Shown: positions 54,673 through 64,000, counted from the stretch's first letter. The stretch: 64,000 nucleotides of DNA from a virus (IMGVR_UViG_3300012953_000013:64001-128000), one strand, 5' to 3'. The notes: generated by a model not told the origin, from the sequence alone. Program-made: numbers and translations.

Positions 54673-55859
54673 TAACTTAAAATCTGGAAATCAAGCGGAA
54701 ATTCGCCTAATCCTTCAATAAATATGCTTGAAGATATATTCTTGAAATCTTCTATGTCATCAGGGTGAATATCTACTAACATTGCATCATGAATAAAAAA
54801 TATTGGCCTCACTCTAGAGGGTGCTTTGTCTAAAATTTGTCCAAACCCTAAAAGTGCAACATCAACTCCAGTTGATTGAATGTAATTGTTATATAATAAG
54901 GAATCGCGCGCGGAAGAGGGTTTGATTGGCCGACCAAAAAAATTCTTAATCCTTCCAGTAGATTCATAATTTTTCTTTTGTTCTCTTACAACCATATCGT
55001 AGTTTAATATGCTCTTAGTTTTTTCTACTAGGCGTTTGATATTAACCCCTTCTGGCAAACCCTTTTTTAAAGTTGACTCTGAAGCTCCATAAACTGCGCA
55101 TAAAACCAACTTTTTCACTGCAGATCTAGAAACTGGTTTATCAAAAAGTTTTGAGCCTAATGATTCATAGATATCAGAGCCCAAATCCTTATCTGTTAAA
55201 AGCATAGCTGTTCTTGGTTCATGAGAAACAAAATCAACTTGGGCTATTTTTCCTCCAGGATAAGAAGACTTAAAGTATTTTCTTATAAGTTTTGGAGCTG
55301 TTAAAATTTGAGGCCCTTCTGTAATCGTCATTCTCCCAGTAAGAGTTTTAGTGACGCTATACTTGGGAAGCGATAAAAAATTGTCTCTTGAATTTGAAAT
55401 AAAGCCCTTAGCTACTGAAACATTTTTAATTTTTCCAGTCTTAATTCCCCTATTGATCGAATTACCGTCTGTCTGAGCTCTCTGAACCCTCTTGAGGGTT
55501 CTGTTACATTCCATAAAGGTATCCAAATAACCAGATTCTTGAATACACTCGAGGGCTATTCTGGATTGTTTGAAGGCTTCTTTAATTTCTTCTATCATTT
55601 TTTCTGGAGACTGAACTCCATCTATTGGTATGCTTGCTAGATCAGCACCCAAAATTTCGAATGTTTTCAATATTTTTGTAGAAATCAACTGAGGTTTTTC
55701 AAGAGACAAGAGTTCAAAAACTGGATCAATAGAACGGCAAGCATTAGAGTCTCCTAGACAATAGCTTTCTTCGTCAGATTCTCCCCATGAAAAACCGGTT
55801 CCAGAGCTGGTAAGAGACTTCTGTTTTAAAAATCTATTCTTGGGTATAGTAATCTTCAT
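54672..55859 (-). CDS. Truncated family A DNA polymerase (polymerase domain only)
   Basis: TLTGRM, motif A VDFVSHEPR, motif B RSAVKKLVLCAVYG, NNYIQSTGVD, motif C IHDA. Confidence 0.75.
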   Translation of the reverse strand: MKITIPKNRFLKQKSLTSSGTGFSWGESDEESYCLGDSNACRSIDPVFELLSLEKPQLISTKILKTFEILGADLASIPIDGVQSPEKMIEEIKEAFKQSRIALECIQESGYLDTFMECNRTLKRVQRAQTDGNSINRGIKTGKIKNVSVAKGFISNSRDNFLSLPKYSVTKTLTGRMTITEGPQILTAPKLIRKYFKSSYPGGKIAQVDFVSHEPRTAMLLTDKDLGSDIYESLGSKLFDKPVSRSAVKKLVLCAVYGASESTLKKGLPEGVNIKRLVEKTKSILNYDMVVREQKKNYESTGRIKNFFGRPIKPSSARDSLLYNNYIQSTGVDVALLGFGQILDKAPSRVRPIFFIHDAMLVDIHPDDIEDFKNISSSIFIEGLGEFPLDFQILS

Positions 55860-55865
55860 AGAAGA

Positions 55866-55893
55866 ACTATATCAAAGTATTTGAATGTTTTCA
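55866..55893 (-). promoter_or_regulatory. TGAAAA-N16-TATAGT promoter of the PolA-like gene
   Basis: Same spacing as dnaE promoter. Confidence 0.55.
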
Positions 55894-58893
55894 AGAATCT
55901 GATGAAGTATTTGAAGTAGCTGCTGAAATTATAGCTTGAGCTCTTTCTGTTTGTGTTAGCATCGATTCATATTTACCAAAAGCATCAATTGGTATGAGCT
56001 TAAATTTGGTCATAAATTTTCCAGGTTCTATAGAGTGATCTAAACCTGAAATAGCATACACATTATCAACAGTAGTTCCAGTACCCATATCAATAAAAAA
56101 TTGTTGTCCATGATTTAAAATTGGGCATCCAAAGGATTCGCCACTTGCTTGCATGGGCATCATTCTTAAAGGAAGACCGCGATCTTGCTCTCCTGGAGTT
56201 CCGGAATCAGAAGTACTTCCACGCTGAGCTCGAAGCATGTGAATTGTGGTATCAGCAGAATTATGCATGGAGCCAACTGAGAGAGACGTTAATCCACAGT
56301 TTTGAGACCCATAAGTTATAGATGGCATATTAGACTTAATATAGTGTTTGAGAGCTGGAGAACCGCCTTTTATTCGATAAAAATCTGTTCCATCAATCGC
56401 CTCAAGAATTCCAGACTCTTTAAGCTTATTTTCAAATGTTGATCCTATTTCTGCCCAGTTAGAATCTTCTGAATTTTCATCTGCTGCTACTTGAGTTGCT
56501 GCAGCTCTGACAGCGCCCATCTCAGTATTTCTTAATGCTCCAAGAATATCGTGCAATCCCGAATACTTTGCTGCTGAGTCATCGAAAAAATGGAGTCTTA
56601 AAATAGTATCTTGAGGTCCAAAAGCATCTTCATCAGAAGTTTTTGCTTTTTTATGCGGAACACACTCGGGAATCATTCTAACTCGAGGCAACTTAAATGC
56701 AGTAGCCATCCCAGAACCTTGATAGGCTCTTTCTAAAACTCTATCTTTACCACTAGAAAGTTCACTAACATTATCTTCATTTGCAATTACTGCTTTTCCA
56801 TCTTCATCTCTAGTGAATAGGTTATTAAAGCCATAAGCTTTGCAAGCCATACTACTTAAAAAATACCTATTGACAAAACCCATGAAACTAGCAACGGAAA
56901 TCTGGACTTTCTCTTTTTGCCACTCTTCAAAAAGCTTTGGAAAACCCGTGTTTCCATTCATTTCTATTGGAAAACTAGCAATATTTTGGTTATACATGTA
57001 AGAAGCTTTATCGTTAAATGTATAGAATATCAATTGAACTTCATTAAACCTTTTAGTTTCCATCAGGGGAGCGCCTATAAACAAACTGGCCAACCTTCCA
57101 AAAGAGCACCAATTAGAATTATCTTTTACTCTTGATGGATGGTTAGGAATTCTAGAAGAAGTTGACGTTTTAGATTCTCCCCTTGGTTTTAAAAATGGAT
57201 CTCCCTGAGATTTTGCTATTCTTAATTTTCTTGTGATAGTTCCTGCAATTGTTGTCTGAATCTCGCTTGTAGAATCCACTGCAGCTTGAAGAGAGTCTGC
57301 AAGAGCTTCTGTATCTCCACCAGCATTATTAGCGCTTCTCATAAAAGCCTGAATTTCTTCAAATTTTTCACCAGAAAACATTGCGCCAGCATTTGTTGGG
57401 CTTAAGTTAGAAATTGTCGACATTCCAGTGACGTCTGCCATCTCTGGGCTGTCTCCCAAGACGCTTCTTCGCAATAAATTAATTGACTCTATTAAAGCTT
57501 CAAGGGCCTGATATTTTGTTGTTGCTTCTGGCGAAACTCCAACATCAGTAACATTTATTGAGCTGGCTCCTTTAGATACGCAGCTTAAAGAAATCTCTAC
57601 TTGACCATCATCTTTAAAAGTATATTTTGAGTTGTATACTCCGAATTTCTCTTTTACCCTCAGAGCATTAATAAACATACCATAAGGATTATTAATATTC
57701 CCATTGTTTCCAGGGGCGTCTGGATGGCTCCAGCCATACTCTATGAGAAGCTCTGTTTGACCAAAAGATGATGGTTTAACAAAAGCACCAATTTCGCCAA
57801 GCCTAGACCTATCATGAAGTACCAGCTTGATCTCTGCTGATTTGTGAGCCATCATTCCACGAGTAGGGGTAATTTTTATGCTTAATGAAGTCATTGTCAT
57901 AAAAGGGCGCATTTTATCTAAAACGGGCGCGCCTCTTGGTGAACCTGCTTGGCCTGGCCAAGGAACTTCTTGACCGCCGGAAGTTCGAGTTCTAGCACTT
58001 GCTTCTGTAAAAGCTGCAACTTCATCATAGCTAGAATAGTTTTCCCAGGAAGGGACTAAAGTTTGCGGTGAAGTGAAGATTTCCATTCCAGCTGAAGAAT
58101 ATTGGGCTGGTACTGCATCTGTGGGAGGAGCTGTACCGGCTGAAGCTGCTGCAGAATTGGCAGCAGCATTTTGGTTTGCTGCTGTCTCAGCAGCTGCAGC
58201 ATCTGCAGAAGCAGCTGCCGCGCTTTTGGCTTGAGCAATTATACTATCTGCTGAATCGACTGTAATTTTTGACATCCCGTTTAAGAATCTTAAATTGCTG
58301 ATTCCAGAATATTTCATATTCGCCCCTTCGCCAGTAACTTGGGGGCCAGGGGTTATAACCTCAACATCTACATAGGGAACAGCTCGAGACCATTCTAGTG
58401 TTGGTATCATATTCATAAATACTTCTACACCGCCAGTATCTCTTTGCCCAAAATTTAGCATAGCAGGAAGTATTTGAACGCAACAAAGACCGGGTTGAGC
58501 TTTGTTCGGAGCAGATGGATTAGATGCGGCACTTCCAATCTGATTGCCAAGCATATCATTCATTGTTATTCCAGAAAGAATACCTGTAGAATCAGACCCA
58601 ACGCCATTAGTCCCTATCATATAAAATGCTTTTTTAAGGGCTGATGAGTCTCCGCCAGCAGCGGCTTCTCCAATTTTTGTCAGTATTTCAGCTAAAAATA
58701 ACCCGCCATCTGTAAGACCTGTAACAACTTCAAAAGCTTTTGCATTCATGCTGAGGCCTGTAGTAGGGTCTTCTCCCTCTACTTGCCCCTCTTCCATTTG
58801 AAGCGCTTTTAAGAAAAAATCGTCTAAACTAGCAGCGTTACCGTATTTCTTGAGTTGCCTAATAGCTAAAGTAATATCATCAAAATTACTCAT
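55891..58893 (-). CDS. Large tail/baseplate protein (hub-like)
   Basis: 1000 aa between LysM gene and replication block; C-terminal G.P....GQ.FFID.GTGT..DN.Y.I.GLDHSI.PGKF.T. Confidence 0.5.
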   Translation of the reverse strand: MSNFDDITLAIRQLKKYGNAASLDDFFLKALQMEEGQVEGEDPTTGLSMNAKAFEVVTGLTDGGLFLAEILTKIGEAAAGGDSSALKKAFYMIGTNGVGSDSTGILSGITMNDMLGNQIGSAASNPSAPNKAQPGLCCVQILPAMLNFGQRDTGGVEVFMNMIPTLEWSRAVPYVDVEVITPGPQVTGEGANMKYSGISNLRFLNGMSKITVDSADSIIAQAKSAAAASADAAAAETAANQNAAANSAAASAGTAPPTDAVPAQYSSAGMEIFTSPQTLVPSWENYSSYDEVAAFTEASARTRTSGGQEVPWPGQAGSPRGAPVLDKMRPFMTMTSLSIKITPTRGMMAHKSAEIKLVLHDRSRLGEIGAFVKPSSFGQTELLIEYGWSHPDAPGNNGNINNPYGMFINALRVKEKFGVYNSKYTFKDDGQVEISLSCVSKGASSINVTDVGVSPEATTKYQALEALIESINLLRRSVLGDSPEMADVTGMSTISNLSPTNAGAMFSGEKFEEIQAFMRSANNAGGDTEALADSLQAAVDSTSEIQTTIAGTITRKLRIAKSQGDPFLKPRGESKTSTSSRIPNHPSRVKDNSNWCSFGRLASLFIGAPLMETKRFNEVQLIFYTFNDKASYMYNQNIASFPIEMNGNTGFPKLFEEWQKEKVQISVASFMGFVNRYFLSSMACKAYGFNNLFTRDEDGKAVIANEDNVSELSSGKDRVLERAYQGSGMATAFKLPRVRMIPECVPHKKAKTSDEDAFGPQDTILRLHFFDDSAAKYSGLHDILGALRNTEMGAVRAAATQVAADENSEDSNWAEIGSTFENKLKESGILEAIDGTDFYRIKGGSPALKHYIKSNMPSITYGSQNCGLTSLSVGSMHNSADTTIHMLRAQRGSTSDSGTPGEQDRGLPLRMMPMQASGESFGCPILNHGQQFFIDMGTGTTVDNVYAISGLDHSIEPGKFMTKFKLIPIDAFGKYESMLTQTERAQAIISAATSNTSSDS

Positions 58894-58896
58894 GAT

Positions 58897-59196
58897 TTAC
58901 CCCACATATAGAGAAACCTGAGACAGATCTGTTGGTATTGTTAAAACTATTCCAGGCGGTACTTGTAAAGCCCAGCCAATTCCGCTAGCTGCCGCAATAA
59001 TCCACCAAAGTCCAGCATCACCATAAGTTTTTCCCGCTATAATGTCTAGACGTTCTCCAGCTTTAACCTGTCTTCTTTCAACAGTTAAAGATCCATTTTG
59101 CGCAGCAGAATAAAGAGCTATTCCAGCTCTTCCAGTTCCAACTGTAGAACCACCCTTTAGAACTGGCGATCTTGAGTATCTTCTTATTGCTGCCAT
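58897..59196 (-). CDS. LysM / tail protein X-like baseplate component
   Basis: VKAGERLDIIA...YGD..LWWIIA.A.GI......PG..L.IP. Confidence 0.8.
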   Translation of the reverse strand: MAAIRRYSRSPVLKGGSTVGTGRAGIALYSAAQNGSLTVERRQVKAGERLDIIAGKTYGDAGLWWIIAAASGIGWALQVPPGIVLTIPTDLSQVSLYVG

Positions 59197-59201
59197 GATT
59201 A

Positions 59202-62200
59202 TTATGCTCCCTCGGGTTTTGGATCGTCTTCTTCTTCTGGAGGTGGAGGTAGTAATTTAGCCAACGCCTCAGTCAACATTGCTTTCGTATTTGTTTCTGC
59301 TGTCAAAGAATGTCCAGAACCAAATAGACCTCTAACAATTCCACCAACATTATATGCTGGGGCTCGAATTGCTCCGTCGTAATCTAGACCAAGTGGAATA
59401 TCGTGAATTGGAGAGAATCCCATTGTTACTTTTACATAAGTCGGCGCCCTTCTTCCGGGAGTTTCATCCCAAGGGGCTAAATTCCAATCAAAATCAAGCT
59501 GGGTTATTGCTCCAGCAATACCCTTACCACCAGATTCATGAAAAGCACGAACTATGCTGTTTCCAGATATATCTCCCTCTTTAGTTCCGAAAAAGTCTTT
59601 GAGTCCATCTGCTGTAAAAAGAGTCGGTTCTGGTGGATCTGCAAACGGGTTAGGCAAGCCACCAGCACTAGCTGCTGAACCAAGAGTATTATTAATAGCG
59701 TCTAAAGCGGCTTGTTCATGATCTAAGATTAAATCCATATCTCCGCAAATAACACATTGGTTAGCGGGATCTTTTAAGCCTTTAACTAAAGGTCCAGCCT
59801 CGTCTAAAACCACAGCATATCTTACTCTAGCTTTTTCTTTTACTCTCGTTTTTGTGTTATCTGAAGCATTTTCTGTTCCCCCACCAGATACATCAACAAC
59901 TGGCCTGATAACAAAGCCAGCAACCTTACCTTTTCTATCAGCTTCTTGACTGGCTGGAACTTTAAGCTTTCCAAAAAATGCTTCTTTAAAATTAACTGTA
60001 GTTACATCTAATTTACAAATCTTGTATCTTGAAGGTTTTATTATCACTGTTGAACCGACTGCAAAACCTTTAGATACTCCGGGTATCATTGGAAGGCCTG
60101 CAGCAACTGCTATATTAGCTGCTATGGCTTCTTCATATGGGGGCGGGCCATTTTGAGCTTCTGCATGGAGGTTCTCCATATAGTCCATAACATTTTTAAT
60201 TTTCCCGTCCATGTCTTCTTGCTTATCAACTCCAATATCTTTATACGGAGCTTTACTATCTATTGTGAAACTTGAACTTCCAAGACCGAAAAGCCTAGAT
60301 AAACTTTGGATTGAATAGTTGCTTGACCAAAGTTCTCCAACTCTTAAGCGAATTATTGGAGAAGCAGTTGGAACTTGAGAGAATGGCATTATAAACGTGT
60401 TCTTTCCATCTGCAGATTTCTTCATTGTGCCTTTAGACCAAGATGGATATACCATAGCAACTAATCTATTGATTGCGAAATACATTTCATCCATATCTTC
60501 TGGTCCTGTAGCCACCATAAAGAAGCTCAACCCCATAGACCTCTTAGTCTTCTTATAGATCATGACGTCGTCCATCCTACCAAATCCGCCCATATTACTC
60601 CATTCAGGAGCAAAACTATCGGTAAAACTGTCTATAAAAGTGTGCATTGCTAAAATTTCATTAGTTCTAAGATCGTGAAAATAAAATGGTATGTAATAAG
60701 CATTTAGCTCATCTTCAAACTGCTGCCTTTCATCTGCAGTATATCTGCCGCCAAGAGGTCTTGCTGGAACATCATCGCTAGCAGATTGGGGAGATCCTTC
60801 ATCTTTTGGAGCAATTCCACCAAATTTCTGGGTTTTTTCTCCTAGTCTTCCAACACCTTTCGGCATTTTGCCAGCAACTCCAAAAGCTTCATTGAAACCC
60901 ATTGCAGCATTTGCGCCCAATACGTTTGGTGGCAACAAATATCTACTCGGAGTAGAACCAAATCTCCAAGCCAACCTATAGTCTGGATCTTTACCCATTA
61001 AAGTCCTAGATTTAATATGAAGATTTGCAATTCCAGGAGCTAATCTGTCTGGTTGTCCTTGGGCGCTTGTATATGGTGAAAATTCCATAGCTCCACCACT
61101 AAAACCACCGGACAATAATACTATATCCCCTAAAGAAGCAAGAGTGTTTAAAAACTGGAATGTTGTCGAGGTTGCAAAAGCGTCTAAGACAACAAAGACA
61201 CTCTCTAATCCTCCAACAATGTTACTAAAATCTGCTTCAGCAATTGAGTTTGAAATTTGTTCTAAATCTCTAATTGCAGCCCTAGAAACAATGATAAAAT
61301 ACCCTGATGAAATTACGTCTATGATTCTAAAGTAAAACTGTAAAATTCCATAAAACATAGCTGCTAAAAAGCTTTTTCCAGAACGCAATATTGGCATTCT
61401 TAAAAGTTTCATCAGCCATTTCCCAATAGTCAGATCACCGAAATCAGGTTGGCCTGCAGCAGCACCCATTGGAAGGGGCTCGGGAGTCTCTTCCACTTGG
61501 CCTGGTGGGAACATTAAGAAAATTAAGCTGATTATAGCCGCTAAAATTATTCCAGCAACTAAAACTGCTACAGCTGCTATAACCGCTAAAACGATCATCC
61601 CAGTGGGTAGAGGTCCGTCGAAAGGTTCTAAATAACTGTTTAGTTGCCCATAAGATTTTGCATTTTTAGCGTCAAGCCCTTCGGTATTAGCGCCTTTTCT
61701 TCTAATTCCATCCTGCTTTAAATCAGTATTGGGGTTTCCGGGGTGGTCGCCAAATGGATTTCCATGAGCGTTTTCAGTCCTAAGTGAAGATCGACTAACT
61801 TTCGCAAGTTGAAGCTGCACATCTATTCCTTGACCTATTGCATTTGTTTGATCTGCGCTGTCTGGATTAGCATCTGAATCACTTGCGCCAGCGGCTGAAA
61901 GCATCAATGAAAATCCTACTTTGGCCAACTCTTCAAAAGCTGCACCTTCAGCATCTTCATTGTATCTTCCCATGGTTTTCTGGATGCTGAACATACCGTC
62001 TGAATATTCTTTATCTTGGATGTATGGGGACTCTGTACCAGGTGAAAACCTGTTATATTTTAAAACATCTGAAACTTTTTTGCGAAGATCAACGCCTGGA
62101 TCAGATGCATTTTCTACCGTTTCATAAACACCACTCCAAACATCACCCACAACTTTGCCTAAAAGTTCATGTCCGTCAGTTTGGCTGCTTTTGTCTAAAA

Positions 62201-62567
62201 AGTCAGTTAAGGGGCCAATAGTACCGCCACCTTCGGCGTCTGGAGTAGAACCATCAGTAATAGTCGCATAATATGATTTTGCTACTTGCTGAACTCCGGC
62301 CATAAAACCATCAGGCATAACCCCATCGACAGCTATATCGATTAGTTCTGGAGTCCCTAAAACTAAAGGGTCATCCGGCGTTGTTTTTTCAACAGGAGCA
62401 GTTGGGTGGTATTGGTTTGTTTCTGTAGACGATAGCATCCACTGTCCCAAAGTCTCCATAGAGGAGTCTTTGAGATCTGACGTCTCAAATGCAACTGGTT
62501 CAGCCGGAGCTTCTTCAGCGGCTGGATCAGATGTTGGCGTAAAATCGCTATCTTTAACTTCAGACAC
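59202..62567 (-). CDS. Tail-tube-initiator/baseplate-like domain fused to long N-terminal region with TM-like helices
   Basis: PFYFHDLR....F..SF.D.F.PEW....FGR....IYK.T.R...LSF; PIIRLRVG; P.YVKVTM.F.PIHD. Confidence 0.55.
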   Translation of the reverse strand: MSEVKDSDFTPTSDPAAEEAPAEPVAFETSDLKDSSMETLGQWMLSSTETNQYHPTAPVEKTTPDDPLVLGTPELIDIAVDGVMPDGFMAGVQQVAKSYYATITDGSTPDAEGGGTIGPLTDFLDKSSQTDGHELLGKVVGDVWSGVYETVENASDPGVDLRKKVSDVLKYNRFSPGTESPYIQDKEYSDGMFSIQKTMGRYNEDAEGAAFEELAKVGFSLMLSAAGASDSDANPDSADQTNAIGQGIDVQLQLAKVSRSSLRTENAHGNPFGDHPGNPNTDLKQDGIRRKGANTEGLDAKNAKSYGQLNSYLEPFDGPLPTGMIVLAVIAAVAVLVAGIILAAIISLIFLMFPPGQVEETPEPLPMGAAAGQPDFGDLTIGKWLMKLLRMPILRSGKSFLAAMFYGILQFYFRIIDVISSGYFIIVSRAAIRDLEQISNSIAEADFSNIVGGLESVFVVLDAFATSTTFQFLNTLASLGDIVLLSGGFSGGAMEFSPYTSAQGQPDRLAPGIANLHIKSRTLMGKDPDYRLAWRFGSTPSRYLLPPNVLGANAAMGFNEAFGVAGKMPKGVGRLGEKTQKFGGIAPKDEGSPQSASDDVPARPLGGRYTADERQQFEDELNAYYIPFYFHDLRTNEILAMHTFIDSFTDSFAPEWSNMGGFGRMDDVMIYKKTKRSMGLSFFMVATGPEDMDEMYFAINRLVAMVYPSWSKGTMKKSADGKNTFIMPFSQVPTASPIIRLRVGELWSSNYSIQSLSRLFGLGSSSFTIDSKAPYKDIGVDKQEDMDGKIKNVMDYMENLHAEAQNGPPPYEEAIAANIAVAAGLPMIPGVSKGFAVGSTVIIKPSRYKICKLDVTTVNFKEAFFGKLKVPASQEADRKGKVAGFVIRPVVDVSGGGTENASDNTKTRVKEKARVRYAVVLDEAGPLVKGLKDPANQCVICGDMDLILDHEQAALDAINNTLGSAASAGGLPNPFADPPEPTLFTADGLKDFFGTKEGDISGNSIVRAFHESGGKGIAGAITQLDFDWNLAPWDETPGRRAPTYVKVTMGFSPIHDIPLGLDYDGAIRAPAYNVGGIVRGLFGSGHSLTAETNTKAMLTEALAKLLPPPPEEEDDPKPEGA

Positions 62568-62586
62568 AATTACCTCTTAATATCCT

Positions 62587-62593
62587 TAATTAT
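62587..62593 (-). promoter_or_regulatory. ATANTTA motif (ATAATTA)
   Basis: 20 nt upstream of start 62567, before GAGG RBS. Confidence 0.4.
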
Positions 62594-62895
62594 CTTCCAC
62601 CCATTTTTTTCTTAGCAAGTTCCTGGAATCTTTTCTTTCCTTCAGGGGTGCTAAGCATTGTCTTAAAGTGGTCTAAAACTTTTTGGTATTTTTCTGACTG
62701 AATTTTGGCTTCTTTAAGAACTTCAGATTTTTCTACGTCTTGAAGATCTTTAGTTACTTCTTTAAACGCAGCAGTTTCTTGTAGAAACTCGAATATATTC
62801 AGCTTGTTGATTTCTTCTACAGTTTCTCCGACTCCAAAAGGGCCGCCTCTTTCGTCAAATTTAACTTTATTTTTTTGTTCGTCTTTTTTACTCAT
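62590..62895 (-). CDS. Hypothetical protein
   Basis: 101 aa, AAGGAG RBS. Confidence 0.6.
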   Translation of the reverse strand: MSKKDEQKNKVKFDERGGPFGVGETVEEINKLNIFEFLQETAAFKEVTKDLQDVEKSEVLKEAKIQSEKYQKVLDHFKTMLSTPEGKKRFQELAKKKMGGR

Positions 62896-62904
62896 TTTAT
62901 CTCC

Positions 62905-63999
62905 TTAAGCTGTTGAGCCTCCAAGTGATGAAACTCGAGAACTTGACCCTCTCAATACTAAATCACTCTCAATTAGTGGTGTAGCAACATCCATAGCCTT
63001 CATCGTGACATTTAAGCTCATGTTAATAGTAACATTACCATCCGCAATTGTAATATTATCTCGCTTAACTCTAAGGCTTTCGTTAACTTGCTCTAGAACA
63101 GCATCGATATTTAATGGTGTTATATTTGAGAGTCTTGCTGCTTGATCGTTGTATGCTTGAACAATATCTGCAATATGTTTTACGCCTTCTCCAACGGCGA
63201 CCTGATCAAAATCCATAATACCGGATTCTGCAATATCGGCTGCCATATCAGTAAAGCCTTTAGACATCCTTCCAAGATCTCTAGCGCTGTTAATCCAACT
63301 AGTAGCCATTTCCGGATTAATTGTAAATCCTCCTGAAGCAGCTAAAGTAGCAGCGGTATTAGCCCAAACATCTAAGCCAATGATATCGGCAACATGATTA
63401 ACCATTTGAACAATTGCTGTGCTGGCAGCTCCGCCACCTTCAGAAAAATCTTCATTAAGAGCTGATTGGTTTTCTTCCCACGCTTTTAAGATTTTTCCAA
63501 TGCCATTAATCATATCTCCAAACGCTTTGGCTTTTTCTCCCATTCCTTCTGGCATCGCCCGAAGACCACGGACCATTGATCGTACCAATCTTGGAATAGT
63601 TGGCCCAATTCTATCAAGAAGCGTTGTCATCGCGCCGACGACAGCGTTAATTTTTTCATCTACACCCTCACCGGTGACTGCACCGACAATTGAGTCCATT
63701 GCCCCATGATTTTCTACGACTGCTGTAATTGGTCCCGACATAGCTGAAGCTAAGTTTGCAACTCCACCAACCATGCCCGCAATAGCTTCAGCACCCTTAA
63801 GCGCTTTTTCATCCATTTTACCAGCCATGCCCACCAGAAGCTCGATCATTCGAGTCATAGTATCGCCAACAGCTTCAATGAACCTAACAGACATATTAAC
63901 CATATCATCCATGCTGGTATCACCAAATACTTCGCTGGCTACACCAACCATTGCCATGTCTAGTCCAAGGCCACCAATAGCTGCAGTGGCTTCTATTAC
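62905..63999 (-). CDS. Tape-measure-like protein, C-terminal part (5' end beyond window)
   Basis: Frame stays open upstream of track start 63957 to the window edge; Ala/Gly/Met-rich amphipathic helices; upstream of baseplate genes. Confidence 0.55.
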   Translation of the reverse strand, partial: VIEATAAIGGLGLDMAMVGVASEVFGDTSMDDMVNMSVRFIEAVGDTMTRMIELLVGMAGKMDEKALKGAEAIAGMVGGVANLASAMSGPITAVVENHGAMDSIVGAVTGEGVDEKINAVVGAMTTLLDRIGPTIPRLVRSMVRGLRAMPEGMGEKAKAFGDMINGIGKILKAWEENQSALNEDFSEGGGAASTAIVQMVNHVADIIGLDVWANTAATLAASGGFTINPEMATSWINSARDLGRMSKGFTDMAADIAESGIMDFDQVAVGEGVKHIADIVQAYNDQAARLSNITPLNIDAVLEQVNESLRVKRDNITIADGNVTINMSLNVTMKAMDVATPLIESDLVLRGSSSRVSSLGGSTA

Positions 64000-64000
64000 T

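Noticed and set aside
736-63709. Many antisense or alternate-frame ORFs in the track (e.g. 736..918+, 1260..1547+, 13935..14381+, 28982..29341+, 47664..48065+, 63419..63709+)
   Set aside because: They lie wholly within well-supported genes, lack RBS and motifs, and have Ser/Phe-rich shadow composition
1-64000. Giant eukaryotic virus (NCLDV), suggested by SET, MBD4-like, Mimivirus-like Nei and sulfotransferases
   Set aside because: Shine-Dalgarno sites, sigma70-like promoters, overlapping operons, DnaE, gp32, amidase, lipoproteins and baseplate genes indicate a bacteriophage
1-64000. Bacterial chromosome or prophage, suggested by iscU, clpP, sod, ino1, recA
   Set aside because: These are single genes scattered among phage replication and virion genes; no housekeeping operons, integrase or att site seen
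1-64000. tRNA genes and CRISPR arrays
   Set aside because: Intergenic gaps are at most ~140 nt and hold promoters/terminators; no T-loop motif or repeat-spacer periodicity seen

Overview
A 64 kb piece of a large tailed dsDNA bacteriophage genome (jumbo, myovirus-like). It is AT-rich, uses the standard bacterial code, has Shine-Dalgarno sites and sigma70-like promoters, and nearly all genes are on the minus strand (only 4 credible plus-strand genes). Layout: (1) ~0.7-16.5 kb, acidic putative head/virion-internal proteins sharing leader and tail motifs, interleaved with holin/spanin-like genes, an Fe/Mn SOD, a PCD-like gene and a plus-strand protease + vWA lipoprotein pair. (2) 16.6-31.8 kb, a tightly coupled nucleotide/DNA-modification operon: dCMP hydroxymethylase-type thymidylate-synthase homolog, dUTPase, an unusual two-domain protein, inositol-3-phosphate synthase, HAD phosphatase, 5-hmdU DNA kinase-like (aGPT-Pplase1) protein, degenerate C5-methyltransferase, three SAM methyltransferases, three sulfotransferases, epimerase, thymidine kinase, dCMP deaminase. 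(3) 31.8-55.9 kb, replication/repair/metabolism: DnaE, Nei, MBD4-like glycosylase, ThyX, amidase, ClpP, IscU, class II RNR, gp41/DnaB helicase, 5'-3' exonuclease, RecA, gp32, minimal PolA. (4) 55.9-64 kb, baseplate/tail and tape-measure-like genes. Best candidate for an undescribed system: a cytosine-directed DNA hypermodification pathway that may use inositol. All family calls come from motif reading and recalled sequences; no searches were run. I saw no tRNA, CRISPR array, intein or transposase.
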